A stretch of 63,735 nt of DNA, counting the filler, from Aduncisulcus paluster (taxonomy: Eukaryota): assembly GCA_024181965.1 (NCBI GenBank). It is 16 parts of 16 records of this genome, joined end to end, with 100 filler letters (N's around TTAATTAATTAA, not from the genome) between each part and the next. Parts side by side here need not be neighbours in the genome. Positions count along the whole stretch, not along the records: positions 43,832 to 51,796 come from BQXS01009775.1; positions 51,897 to 58,539 come from BQXS01009776.1; positions 58,640 to 60,580 come from BQXS01009777.1; 13 more parts are not named here. One strand, given 5' to 3'. Below, piece after piece: positions 48,272 through 60,680 of the stretch; position 1 is the stretch's first letter, and every line of letters begins with the position of its first letter. The notes beneath the pieces were generated by a model that was given only the letters and a program-made list of their open reading frames with translations, did no database searches and had not been told where the DNA came from. A program made the position numbers and the translations under genes.

Positions 48272-48484
48272 CCTACATCAACCTTTGTAGGTTTTAAGTT
48301 GAAAAGTCACAATACCATGGATTTTATTCCGGGTGTCTTGTCAGCATCAGCCTGGGGTCACACCCCTTGTGCTCGAAAGGGCTACATATCTAGTGATGGA
48401 CATCGGCGAGCTTCAATGACAGCCTCTTCAGACGAGCAAAAGAGTACTTGTCAAACTGTCGTGATCTGACCGTTGGAAGTATAT
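48272..48484 (-). ncRNA. Weak U1 snRNA-like candidate
   Basis: ATATACTTCC is followed by a GTCAGA/TTTGAC hairpin containing GATCACGA; ATTGTG and a terminal CCTACA/TGTAGG hairpin lie downstream. Confidence 0.2.
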
Positions 48485-48850
48485 AATAAGGGATCCATCT
48501 TCATACATTGACAATTGTTGGGACCTTTTTACGAGACTCTCGTAGAATTCGGAATTCTATTTCATTATTATCCTCTGATTCAAATACAAAAAATATTATA
48601 GGTGATAAAAATTATGTTTAGAGTTGCATTTAGAACTTCTAAATCAGAGTTTGAAACTCTGAATCAGAATGTGATCGGAAACAGTCATTTCTTTTACTAT
48701 TATTCTGTTTAATGAAAAAATTCAAGTCGTTTTGATATGTTCATTTTGGAAATATGAATCAATAAATTCAACTAAGCTAAAGAAAATCCTTAGAAGATAA
48801 ATCCATGTTTTGACGGAAGTAGAAAGAACAAGCATTTTCCAAATCATAGA

Positions 48851-50833
48851 ATGTCGTTTACCAATTCAACAGGTACATCTTTTAGTGGATCATATGCAGG
48901 TTACATTGCAAAATTGAGTGTTATTGGGAAAGAACCTCTCGCAGATAAATTGCTGGATGAACACGATCCTGCTGGTCATTATCTAAAAGTTCTTATGTCT
49001 AAAAAGCTTGTTTCATCTGATATGGCACAATTGATTGTTGATGATAATACATTTCCTCTTGTAAAAGGGGTATTGCATGTTTCTATTAATAGTTGTAAAA
49101 GAATATTAACTCAGGCACTTTTTCCTGGTGTATTATCATGTTATACTGAAGTTTTAGTGCAAGGAATGGTATATAAATCACCAATTGTTCCTGTCATTGC
49201 ATCCAATTGTCTTCTCAATGCATCATACCATATTCCTTTTATTATAAGTCAGAATGTTCGACATCCATCAAATGTTTTTTCAATCTCAATATTTATTGTC
49301 CCCAGTGCTGTTTTGGCTTATCATAAACCCTATCTTCTCGGAACAGTCTCTTTCCACATCTTTGATGTCGTGTCTTCGAAGAAATCCAATGCAATGTTCA
49401 GTATATTTAGTGGTGATCAGACCACAGGAGAGGTTGATCTTTCCCTTTCGTGGACATATGGTCTGTATGGATATGGTCACAGTACTTTCCTCCGTGAAAA
49501 CAACTCCCCTGATGAACATGCCAAATATTCTCTCTATCCGCGAGTTTCTGTTCATCCCGATCGACTGGGTGGCTTCAGAATACCTTCATATGCCCCTGTT
49601 CTTACTCCACAGCCCTCATTCCTATGTGCTGAACCAGTGCCATTTTCTGCGACCAAACAACTCGTTAAACAGGGCTTTATAACCTGTGGTGAGGGGTTTG
49701 GAGAGTTTCAGAGTCAATTGTGGAGTTCATTTAGTGGTCAAATAGGATCCGATCGGTTCCATTCCGAGGAATCTCATAGCTCTGAAAAGGAAGCCTCTGT
49801 CCGCATCGGTGGTCTGGCGGTGACTCAAGGGGCTGTCGATGCTTTGAAAGCATTCATGGGTGAGAAAAAGTTTGCTAGCCATCCATTGGTCCAACATACT
49901 GAAGGGGGGGTCCCTGGATCATATCTCCACTCTTCATCTCGGTCCTCAAATTCTGAAGGTGCATCCACACCTGCAGTGTTTTCATTTCCAAATGCATCAT
50001 CCCCATCTTCTCATCCTATTGGCTCCTCTGCTATAATTAGCACTTCTCCCCGGTTGTCCTCTTCCACCATACCTATTTCTGGACATGGGGATGAAATTCC
50101 ACCAAACTTAGAAGATGATGAGGTCTCCTTAATCAGTGATAGTGGTGGAGAAGGTGACGATCATGATCTTAGTGATAATGATGTGCAGATATGTGATTCC
50201 TGTTGTGATGATAAGTTGCATGATATTTCAACTAATGGGGATGACCAACAACACTCTTCCTCGCCAAGGGCTGGACAGGCTAGTCTGCACTCTCTCCAAC
50301 ATAAGTCTGTGTCTCTCACTCATCTTTCGCCGAATAGTATAATAGCGAATGATAAGGAGGAGGAATTTATACCTCAGCTTGACATCCAGAACTCTGAGAA
50401 CCCAAACGCAAGATATCTCTCCTCTCAGCGTTCAACCACAGCCTCAAGTGGGCGATCGTCTCAGAGAGTACCTCTCTCATCCTCCGAGAGTTTTGGGTTT
50501 CATTCGCCATATGTTAAGGATGTTCCTGATGGTAGCGAGAGTAGCGGAGACGATCGGCCAAAGGTTCCATTAATTGAGGATTCCTCTCTTCGCTTTAAGC
50601 GGTTGAGTTCTGAGCTTGAGAGGCTTCCTTTGATGCGGAGGAAATATCAAATGATCGATTCCCGAAGATCTAAATTGAAATTCCTCGAAAAAATTATTGG
50701 TCTAAATTCTAATCATCTCCAGCAAACTTCGTTGCGTTCACACCCTGGAAATACACAATTCTCGCATGAAAACCACAGTTTCATGAAATATATGGTCCCG
50801 TTGAGTTCTTTGCAGAAATACTCTGCCGAATAA
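48851..50833 (+). CDS. C2-domain protein, C2CD6/ALS2CR11 (CatSper-tau)-like
   Basis: C2-like beta strands (LLGTVSFHIFDVV, GEVDLSL) followed by YGLYGYGHS and SLYPRV, which resembles the ALS2CR11 signature as I recall it; Ser-rich tail. Confidence 0.6.
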   Translation: MSFTNSTGTSFSGSYAGYIAKLSVIGKEPLADKLLDEHDPAGHYLKVLMSKKLVSSDMAQLIVDDNTFPLVKGVLHVSINSCKRILTQALFPGVLSCYTEVLVQGMVYKSPIVPVIASNCLLNASYHIPFIISQNVRHPSNVFSISIFIVPSAVLAYHKPYLLGTVSFHIFDVVSSKKSNAMFSIFSGDQTTGEVDLSLSWTYGLYGYGHSTFLRENNSPDEHAKYSLYPRVSVHPDRLGGFRIPSYAPVLTPQPSFLCAEPVPFSATKQLVKQGFITCGEGFGEFQSQLWSSFSGQIGSDRFHSEESHSSEKEASVRIGGLAVTQGAVDALKAFMGEKKFASHPLVQHTEGGVPGSYLHSSSRSSNSEGASTPAVFSFPNASSPSSHPIGSSAIISTSPRLSSSTIPISGHGDEIPPNLEDDEVSLISDSGGEGDDHDLSDNDVQICDSCCDDKLHDISTNGDDQQHSSSPRAGQASLHSLQHKSVSLTHLSPNSIIANDKEEEFIPQLDIQNSENPNARYLSSQRSTTASSGRSSQRVPLSSSESFGFHSPYVKDVPDGSESSGDDRPKVPLIEDSSLRFKRLSSELERLPLMRRKYQMIDSRRSKLKFLEKIIGLNSNHLQQTSLRSHPGNTQFSHENHSFMKYMVPLSSLQKYSAE

Positions 50834-51896
50834 TATAAAAAAATAATACAATGATCTTTAAAAATAATTACTCTCGTCGATTTCTCAGTCGTTTTTTTTG
50901 CTCTTATATATGTTTTTTTGTTTGTATAAGATGGGAATGGTTGAAGTGTTTTCCGCCATTCTCTATGTGTCACCTGTCTATTTTCTTATTATTTATTCTT
51001 CAAATTAAATGTATTTTACCTCTTTCATGAATTTTCCGCGCGCCGTTTATCTTTCTTTATCTTTGAATACGAAATATCATAATAGAATGAATGCGCTATT
51101 TTTTCTCGGATAACATCACTATATTTGGATTTAATATCCAATTTCAGTGCTATCTTGACTTTCAATGTGGCATCATCACAACGACCAAAAATAAATAGCT
51201 ACAGTTGTATTTCAGGTCATCGATGTTTTACAACTGTATACATTTGTATTACAACTTAAAATGCCTCTCAGCATACCTACATAAACATTCAAACACATTT
51301 ATTTTCTTAGTGGAACTACTAGTTAGAGGAATAATTAGTCAAATTACTTCCATTAAAAGTAAAAAAGTAGACTTTTGGAATAAAATTTCTTAACTAATGA
51401 CGACAGTTAAGGACCAAGAGTCAAACCATTGTGCTGCAGGGTTGTTAAAGAAATTCGATGAACAGAAATCGATGTTCTCTTCAGCAATTGCAAAAGAGGT
51501 ATCTTCAGGGTAGATACTACCATCAGAAGGATATTTTGGAATACAATACAATGCAATCATATCTGCGGTCGAAAGACCAGCTTCATCTTCATCTGTCTCA
51601 GTAAGCTCAATATTGGGACCAAGAGCTAGAGATACCAACAGACTGTTATCACGGTCTGATATCCCATTAGTTCTCATCGGTTACAGTCGAGGTACCTTCA
51701 ACAAGCACACCATCAGCATCACTACTACTAGTAGTGAATAGTATTGGAGGAAGAAGTATTCAAACTAACCAAACCTTCGCTCAGACAATCAGATTGNNNN
51801 NNNNNNNNNNNNNNNNNNNNNNNNNNNNNNNNNNNNNNNNTTAATTAATTAANNNNNNNNNNNNNNNNNNNNNNNNNNNNNNNNNNNNNNNNNNNN

Positions 51897-52836
51897 GCTT
51901 TAATTGTTGAGAACTTTGGATTATTAATATTGGGAGCATCAAGAGGAAGTGGGCATGCATTTGTAAAATCTTTTTGTATCAACTCTGGTTTAATTTTTTG
52001 AAAAATGGGAAAAGATTTCATTTGTCAAGACATTTATATGCTTTTATCTAGAATAAAACAAACTGAATGTTGGAATTTGACAATTCAAAACATAATACCA
52101 ATTTCAAGTTGAGCATCGCGAGAAAACGTCAAGAACGGCCAAACAAGCATAACCAGTGAATATAAACAGATGAAAACAATTAGAATATGTCTTAATGTGC
52201 ATTTAATAAAAGATATGACTTACAGAAAATTTTGAAGTTCCTTCAAAAGCAGAAAATAAAGTCATTTTATTCAAGTAAGATCAAACATCAACTTCGGAAG
52301 TTGATGAAAGCTATTCCACAAGTAATGCGATGATGGTTTACTAATTAATCATTAATGGGAACCCGATGAGTAAAAGTTATAACAAAGGTGTAGATTATTA
52401 TTAGCGAATCACATATATTGAGTTTCCTTTGATAACAACTCCAAGACATGGTATCTCTTCTGGACATTGTCCTTCAAATGACTCATAAGAGCCTCATACA
52501 TGGCCTTATCTTTTCTGGCCTCGCTGAAACGACCCTGCATTGACAAGAACTTATTAAGATTGTCAAACTTTGGAGGCTCAGAATCCAATGAGCAAGGAGG
52601 CTCACCCCTGTCTCTTTTCTCTGGATTAAACCGGTACAAAGGCCAGAATCCTGTTTCAACACCAAGTTTCTCAGCAGTGAGGGATTCCTTGAGACCCCCA
52701 CGAAGATGCCAGGCGATGCAAGGACAGAATCCAATCACAATGGAAGGTCCTGGGAAGGCTTCAGCCTCTCTCATTGCTTTCATGGCCTGTTGCTGATCGG
52801 CACCAAGAGCAATGGAAGCAACATAACAACCACCAT
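51897..52836 (-). repeat. 940-bp inverted copy of 57448-58387 (PFOR 3' end, intergenic DNA, start of next gene)
   Basis: Reverse-complement match with one substitution noticed (52523 vs 57761). Confidence 0.93.
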
Positions 52837-53314
52837 TGGTCTAATGAAGCTTTATGGTCTAATAAATGCATCCACCCTAAATAAAACATCATGTTCGTTA
52901 TTTCGATGCTTGGGAGTTAATATTTCAGTTAATCGGCAATCAGAAACAATGCATTTGGAGGAATCACTTTCAATAAAATTGTATATTCAATATACATTTC
53001 GACAAGATGTCGAAAAAAAAAATCGATGAATCCGTGTTGGAGAAAGCATTATTAATTTTGTTGGGGAGTGGCGGTTTTATGTTTTAAAAAGAATAAACTC
53101 GTTTTCACTCCTCTTTTCTTGTTGTTATATAGTCTCAATCTGTACTTACAGTTTTAACTTGATAATATCAATATTGGGGGAATAAATATTTAAATATTTG
53201 AACAAAAAAATTCTAAAAACTATTTTTTATTTTATTTCTTCTTATTGTTATGGTCAAGGTTTGTCTATGTATTTCATCAATTCTGAATATTGGGAAAATC
53301 ATGCTTTTCTGAAA

Positions 53315-56300
53315 ATGATATCCACGAAAAGCGTTAGTCCCTTGTCGTGGGGTTCACTACGGGGGTTTTCAACCCCTCTTCCATGTAGTGAGCCTCATGT
53401 CATGGGTTTAGAGGAGAACGAAGGAGGAATTCCTCTCTCCTCTCCCCAAACAGCCGAGGAAAGAGGCGAAACTCCTAAGTTCTCCACCTTTGCGCCGCTA
53501 CCCACTATTCTTGATGGTAACACGGCTGTCAGTCGTGTTGCTCATCTCCTATCCGAAGAAGCGTTCCTCTACCCCATCACTCCCTCAACACCAGCCTCGG
53601 ATGAGCTTGATAAATTAGCTATACGTGGCGTTAAGAACATTTGGGGCCGTAGTGTCAGAACTTTCGAAATGCAGTCTGAACTTGGTGTTAGTGGATCCTT
53701 CCACGGTGGTCTTGTTAGTGGTGCTTTATGTTCAGCTTTTACTTCTTCTCAGGGACTTCTTTTGATGCTTCCAACCATGTATCGAATTGCTGGTGATCTT
53801 CTTCCTGGTGTCATCCATGTTGCTTCTCGTGCTCTTTCTATCCACAATTCTGACATCTTTTGTGATATGTCCGATGTTATGGCTGTACGTTCCTCTGGAT
53901 TTTGTATGCTTCATAGTAGTAATGTTCAAGAGGCCCAAGATATGGCTGTTATTTCCCATCTTTCTGCTTGGAGATGTTATCTTCCTTTCCTTCATTGGTA
54001 CGACGGATTCCGTACTTCTCACGAAATTGCAACAATCGATTCTCTTACTGAGGGTGCTATTCGTGAACTTATCACCGCTGGTGGTGATAAGAACCCCTAT
54101 CAACGTAGTATTTCCAACTTCCGCAAGCTCAGTCAGAACCCCAATCATCCATGGGCCCGTGGTTCCATTGGTAACCACCACACCTACTGGCAAGGTCTTC
54201 AACGTAACACTCCCTTCTATGATGATGCTCCAACCAAGGTCCAGAATGCTATGGACGATTTTGCCAAGGTTTCTGGAAGACAATACCATTTATTCGATTA
54301 CTTCGGTCACCCTGAAGCTGAAGATGTTGTTATTATGATGGGATCCGGTGTTGGTCCTGCCCGTGAAGCTGTTGAGAAGCTCACAAAGGAAGGCGAGAAG
54401 GTTGGAGTTGTTGTATGCCGTCTATACCGTCCCTTCTCCATTGCTCATTTCCTGGAGTCTCTCCCACCCACTGTTAAACGTATCTGTGTCCTTGACAAGA
54501 TTCGTGATCTTGCTTCCTCCACTGGTGAGCCCCTCTACCTTGATGTGTGTGCTGCTCTTGCCCGTCAGGTCGATGCCTCAAGAGATGAATCAGATGGACA
54601 CAAACTCCCAGATCTCGGTCAACTCTATCGTGTGATAAACGGTCTTTATGGTGTTGGTGGACGTGACATTGTTCCAGGTGATTTCATGACTATTCTGGAG
54701 CATTTGAGATCAGAGAACCCCATTCGTCGCTTTTCTATTGGTCTTGTTGATGACTACACTAAGTCTTCCATCTCTCCTTCTCCCCTCATTGAGAGTCGCG
54801 TGAAAGAGACCTCTCTCCCAGAGGGCACTGTTGAGTGTCTCGTGTATGGAATGGGAAGTGATGGTACTGTTGGTGCCAACAAGGGAGCCATCAAGACAAT
54901 TGGACACTTACCCGGTCAATACGCTCAGGGATTCTTCAGCTACACGGCAAAGAAAGCTGGTGGAGTCACCACATCTCACCTTAGATTTGGTCCTAAACCC
55001 CTTGTAACTTCTTCTTACTTTGTCCAAGAGGCCGATTACATTGGTGTCCATCAACCTCCTTACTTGTGGAAGATCAATGTCGCCAAGAAGCTCAAGAAGG
55101 GTGGAATTGTTGTGTTGAACTCCCCTCATTCTCTTGAGACCCTTGATGCCATCATGCCTGCTCGTTTTAAGCGTCAAATCGCTGAAAAGGGAGGAAAAGT
55201 GTATGTCATTGATGCTGCCAAGGTCGCTCAAGCCGTTGGACTTGGTGGAACTCGTATCTCCAATGTTATGCAGACTGTCTTTTGGAAACTTGCCAATGTC
55301 ATGCCCGAAGATGAAGCCTTTGAGTCCTTTAGGGAAGCCATTAGACGTCAGTTCCGTGGAAAACCCCAGGAAATCACTGATAAGAATCTTGCTTGTATTG
55401 ACCTAAGTCTTGATGAAGTCAAACTCATGGAGTATGACCGTGAGCTATGGCTTAAAGCCAAGGATGAGAGCGATCCTCCAATCGTTTCCGAAGGAGAATT
55501 ACCCACCCACATGGATAAAAAGATTGGTCTTGATGTTGATCCCGCACTTGGAGGTGCTGATATGGTGACGTCTGATGTCGAGGTTGCTCCTGTGACTGGT
55601 TTCTCTGTTCCTCAGACCATCCACCAGAGCCACATGCTTCACTCTGATGGTATTATTGAGACCCTCATGAGTATGCCTGGGAGCGAGGTAAGAAGAAAAT
55701 GGATCCACAATGTGCTTAAGCCTTTTAACACGACGGAAGGGGCTGATATTCCGGTGTCTGCTTTTTTGCCCGGTGGTCTTCAACCCACTGCTACCACTCA
55801 GGCCGAGAAGAGAGGAATTGCCGTGAACATTCCCATTTGGAACCCCAAGAAGTGTATCCAATGTATGTCATGTCTTGGTGTGTGTCCCCACGCTGTTCTC
55901 AGGCCTGTTGTCGCGGAAAGTAAGGCTCAGTTGGTTCAATTAAAGGCCCCCNNNNNNNNNNNNNNNNNNNNTGGATAAAAAGATTGGTCTTGATGTTGAT
56001 CCCGCACTTGGAGGTGCTGATATGGTGACGTCTGATGTCGAGGTGGCTCCTGTGACTGGTTTCTCTGTTCCTCAGACCATCCACCAGAGCCACATGCTTC
56101 ACTCTGATGGTATTATTGAGACCCTCATGTGTATGCCTGGGAGCGAGGTAAGAAGAAAATGGATCCACAATGTGCTTAAGCCTTTTAACACGACGGAAGG
56201 GGCTGATATTCCGGTGTCTGCTTTTTTGCCCGGTGGTCTTCAACCCACTGCTACCACTCAGGCCGAGAAGAGAGGAATTGCCGTGAACATTCCCATTTGG

Positions 56301-57875
56301 AACCCCAAGAAGTGTATCCAATGTATGTCATGTCTTGGTGTGTGTCCCCACGCTGTTCTCAGGCCTGTTGTCGCGGAAAGTAAGGCTCAGTTGGTTCAAT
56401 TAAAGGCCCCCAAGTCATTCGAGACTGCGAAGCTTCGTCTTAAGAAAGGACGTGGAAAAGAGACCTACCCTCAGGCTCAATTCCGTATCCAGGTCTCCTC
56501 CCGTGATTGTACTGGGTGTGGAGTCTGTATCGAGAGCTGTCCTGCCGATGCCCTCAAGTTTGAGCCCTTCATTGATGTAGGAGACCAAGAGCACAAGAAC
56601 TACATGTGGTATCTTGACCAACCTATTTCTTTCCCTAACAAGAACAAGCTCCTCAAGGACATCCGTGAAGGAAGAATCTTCAAACACACGACTCCCAAGG
56701 CTCTTGCTTTCCAAAGCCCCATGCATGAGTTCAGTGGAGCCTGTGCTGGATGTGGACATAGTGGAACTCTAAGAATGTTAACTCAAATGTTTGGGTCCAG
56801 TCTGAACTTGGCTGTAGTTACTGGATGTTCCAGTGTATATTCGATCCCGTTCCCAAGTGCTGCCATTGGTGTTGATAGAGAAACCGGAAGAGGTCCTTCA
56901 TTTGCGCGTTCTCTCTTTGAAAATAATGCCGAGTTTGGTTTCGGTATGGCCATGACAACTGATTATTTCCACAGTTTCTTGAAAGAGAACATCAAAGATT
57001 CCATTCCCAGCATTGTTACTGATCGTGATATTCCCACACGTTTGGTCACTTCTCTGCGCTCATTTGTTGATGTTGCCGACAAGACTTATGAATCTCGTAT
57101 TGTTTCCGACCAGATTATGTGCCAATTGCACCTTCTGAAGTCCAAGAGACCTGATGTTTTCCAGAGACATCCATGTTTCAAGAATATTGATGAACTCCAA
57201 GACTACCTTCCAAAGATCTCTAACTGGATTGTCATGGGAGATGGTGCTGCATATGATATCGGTTCTGCTGGTGTCGATCACGTGCTTGGAAGTGGCCGTG
57301 ATGTTAACATCCTTGTGCTCAACAACCAAGTGTATGCCAATACTGGTGGTCAGGCCTCCAAGGCTACTCCCCGTGGAGCCACTGCCATGTTTGCTCAGAA
57401 AGGAAAATCTGGTGACACTAAGGACCTTGGAATGCAGGCCATCACATATGGTGGTTGTTATGTTGCTTCCATTGCTCTTGGTGCCGATCAGCAACAGGCC
57501 ATGAAAGCAATGAGAGAGGCTGAAGCCTTCCCAGGACCTTCCATTGTGATTGGATTCTGTCCTTGCATCGCCTGGCATCTTCGTGGGGGTCTCAAGGAAT
57601 CCCTCACTGCTGAGAAACTTGGTGTTGAAACAGGATTCTGGCCTTTGTACCGGTTTAATCCAGAGAAAAGAGACAGGGGTGAGCCTCCTTGCTCATTGGA
57701 TTCTGAGCCTCCAAAGTTTGACAATCTTAATAAGTTCTTGTCAATGCAGGGTCGTTTCAGTGAGGCCAGAAAAGATAAGGCCATGTATGAGGCTCTTATG
57801 AGTCATTTGAAGGACAATGTCCAGAAGAGATACCATGTCTTGGAGTTGTTATCAAAGGAAACTCAATATATGTGA
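53315..57875 (+). CDS. PFOR: Pyruvate:ferredoxin oxidoreductase, single-chain type; one gap duplication; start at 53315 inferred
   Basis: DGNTA, YPITPS, MQSE.G, TSSQGLLLM, DGFRTSHE, GSDGTVGANK, two 4Fe-4S motifs (CIQCMSCLGVCP, CTGCGVCIESCP), GACAGCG, TPP motif GDGAAYDIG..NTGGQ.SK. Confidence 0.97.
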
Positions 57876-58262
57876 TTCGCTAATAATAATCTACACCTTT
57901 GTTATAACTTTTACTCATCGGGTTCCCATTAATGATTAATTAGTAAACCATCATCGCATTACTTGTGGAATAGCTTTCATCAACTTCCGAAGTTGATGTT
58001 TGATCTTACTTGAATAAAATGACTTTATTTTCTGCTTTTGAAGGAACTTCAAAATTTTCTGTAAGTCATATCTTTTATTAAATGCACATTAAGACATATT
58101 CTAATTGTTTTCATCTGTTTATATTCACTGGTTATGCTTGTTTGGCCGTTCTTGACGTTTTCTCGCGATGCTCAACTTGAAATTGGTATTATGTTTTGAA
58201 TTGTCAAATTCCAACATTCAGTTTGTTTTATTCTAGATAAAAGCATATAAATGTCTTGACAA

Positions 58263-58539
58263 ATGAAATCTTTTCCCATTTTTCAAAAAATTAAACCAGA
58301 GTTGATACAAAAAGATTTTACAAATGCATGCCCACTTCCTCTTGATGCTCCCAATATTAATAATCCAAAGTTCTCAACAATTAAAGCCAGAAATGAAACC
58401 GTGGAAGAAGGTGAATGTGATCAGACTCCTGAAGCACAAAGAATGATGAAAGGAGAGTTGAATTGTGGCCATTTTACCCATATCTCCATTCCATTCTCCA
58501 CATCTTCTCCAATGAAAGGTGCTTATATTTGTTTACATG
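58263..58539 (+). CDS. KGAYIC-domain family member, 5' part
   Basis: AQRMMKGE..FTHISIPFSTSSPMKGAYICL matches the copies at 16745 and 61489. Confidence 0.75.
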
Positions 58540-58639
58540 NNNNNNNNNNNNNNNNNNNNNNNNNNNNNNNNNNNNNNNNNNNNTTAATTAATTAANNNNN
58601 NNNNNNNNNNNNNNNNNNNNNNNNNNNNNNNNNNNNNNN

Positions 58640-60139
58640 CATCGAATGTTCTCCACGAAGAGGCATCGAGGAGTGTCGGGCAAGGTAGACACCTGTTTGG
58701 GAGGAAGCAGAAGAGTTGTAGAAAGCAGAAGAGTGTTGGGAGTGAGGAAAGTACCGGAAAGAGGGTGAGGATCGCATGAGATAGTCTCCACCAGAAGCTA
58801 AACTCGCCTGTTCAAAACGCTGGGGAACAGAAGACGAGGAGGAAGAGGAAGAGGAGTTAGGTATCAAAGAGGGTTGTGAGTGATGTTGTTTGGTACAGTG
58901 TCCATAAGATAGCTGAGGGCCCCCAAACTCTTGGTCACGGCCATCAATAGATGCACGCGAGTGATGATCAATGCTCGACACCGATGAAGACACCGAAGAT
59001 GAGCCGAAAGGAACATCGGCAGCAGACGGCAAAGAATGTAGAGAAGCTGAGGTGGAATCGACTGAAATTGTTTCATAGGGAAACCGATTACTCAAGTATC
59101 TTGGCGACGAATTAGCAGACAACGGATGAGGCTGAGAGGAGATTCCACTGCCACCGGACCCTCCAGAAATCAGCATAAACTTAGGTCCCAAGGATAACAT
59201 CTGCTTCGTGCTTGACGATATAGAAGATGTGGATGAAGCATGAGAGAGGGGGCGAGGAGGAGTGGGGATTGCATGATCAGAGTCAAGACCATCTGAAGAA
59301 CTGCCAACGGAATTACGATAAGCACAATGAGGAACAGTCATTTCGGGGTGATGCTGGCAAGATCCTCCAGTTTGGACAGGTTCTTCATGTTGTAAGATTT
59401 GGCTGGAGTCTCTCTCACTCACTGGAAGTTGAATCTCGTGTTGAAGTGTGATAACATTACCATCTTGGTCTCGGCGATCAGAATGCTGGGCAATGGATTC
59501 TTGGGATGATTGTGACCATGACGATATTGGAGGACTACTGGCAGCAGAAACGTGAAAGGGAATACCAGAAGACTGACCCTGACTGGAAGTCCCGGAGGAA
59601 CTTAGAGAAGAGGTTGTTGGAGGGCAATGTTGATGTGCAGAAGAAGAAGGAAGCATATAGGAATGAGGCTTGCTACCCGAATGGGGTGAAGAAATAATTG
59701 AACCCTGTCGAAACTCAAGAGGATAGCAATATTCGGGGTCAACATCTTTTTGAGATGAAGAATGTAATCTATCGTATTGCTGACTTGAACATGAAGAAGA
59801 AATAATGTGAGGACCCTGCTGATACCCCGCAGAATCCCACAGATTCGGAACAGATTCATAAAAAGAGGGCTGATCCGGGTTAATCTCAGAAATATTAGAA
59901 TGAGCTTGAAGATGACCTGGAGATAATGGATCAAAATGCATTTTTTCATCAAAAGATTGATTTTTTATAAAAACTTGCTGTTTAGAACTTGTCGGAGAAA
60001 ATAAGGAAGGAGATGATAACTGACCAGGATAACTATCCCCTTCAGCAATCCCAAGATCACCAAAATAAGCTCTAGGATCTCTTGAATATTGATGTATTTC
60101 TGTTGGAATCGTTGATTCCGAAGCAAAATGAAACTCCAT
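58640..60139 (-). CDS. Ser/His/Pro-rich disordered protein, N-terminal part
   Basis: 500-codon ATG ORF after an AT-rich region; no domain recognised. Confidence 0.7.
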
Positions 60140-60680
60140 TGAATACTATCTATTATATTGGGATTTAGCTTATATTTTTAAATAAAAGATAGACAAAGAA
60201 TCAAAGAAATCAAAATCAGCAAAAAAGGAAGCAGACAGAGGGGAAAGGAGCACAATTCTGAGCATATTTTTTTTTCTTGAAGATTATTCTGTCATCGAAA
60301 ATTTTTATAAAATAAATTCTAATATAGCCGTGAATTGCATTTTTTTTTAACTGTGTAATATATGCAATCTGAGGTTCAATATCTTCTGGGAATGGCAGAT
60401 GATTATTCAGGAAAATATTGCGTAATCATGTTTATTTTGCAAGTAAATCAAACCTAGATAACGAGGACTCATGTGTTTCATCCACTCTTCCAACGCTGAC
60501 ACTCTTTCTATGGCTGGAATGGAGAAGACGAGGCACAGAAAGACGTGTAGGTTCTGGAGTTGCTTGATGCCCAAGAGCAGNNNNNNNNNNNNNNNNNNNN
60601 NNNNNNNNNNNNNNNNNNNNNNNNTTAATTAATTAANNNNNNNNNNNNNNNNNNNNNNNNNNNNNNNNNNNNNNNNNNNN

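Noticed and set aside
53198-57875. Bacterial contaminant or two separate PFOR genes
   Set aside because: The two ORFs overlap via a gap duplicate. The neighbouring gene belongs to the host KGAYIC family and there is no operon context. The TTG start at 53198 is not credible for a eukaryote.
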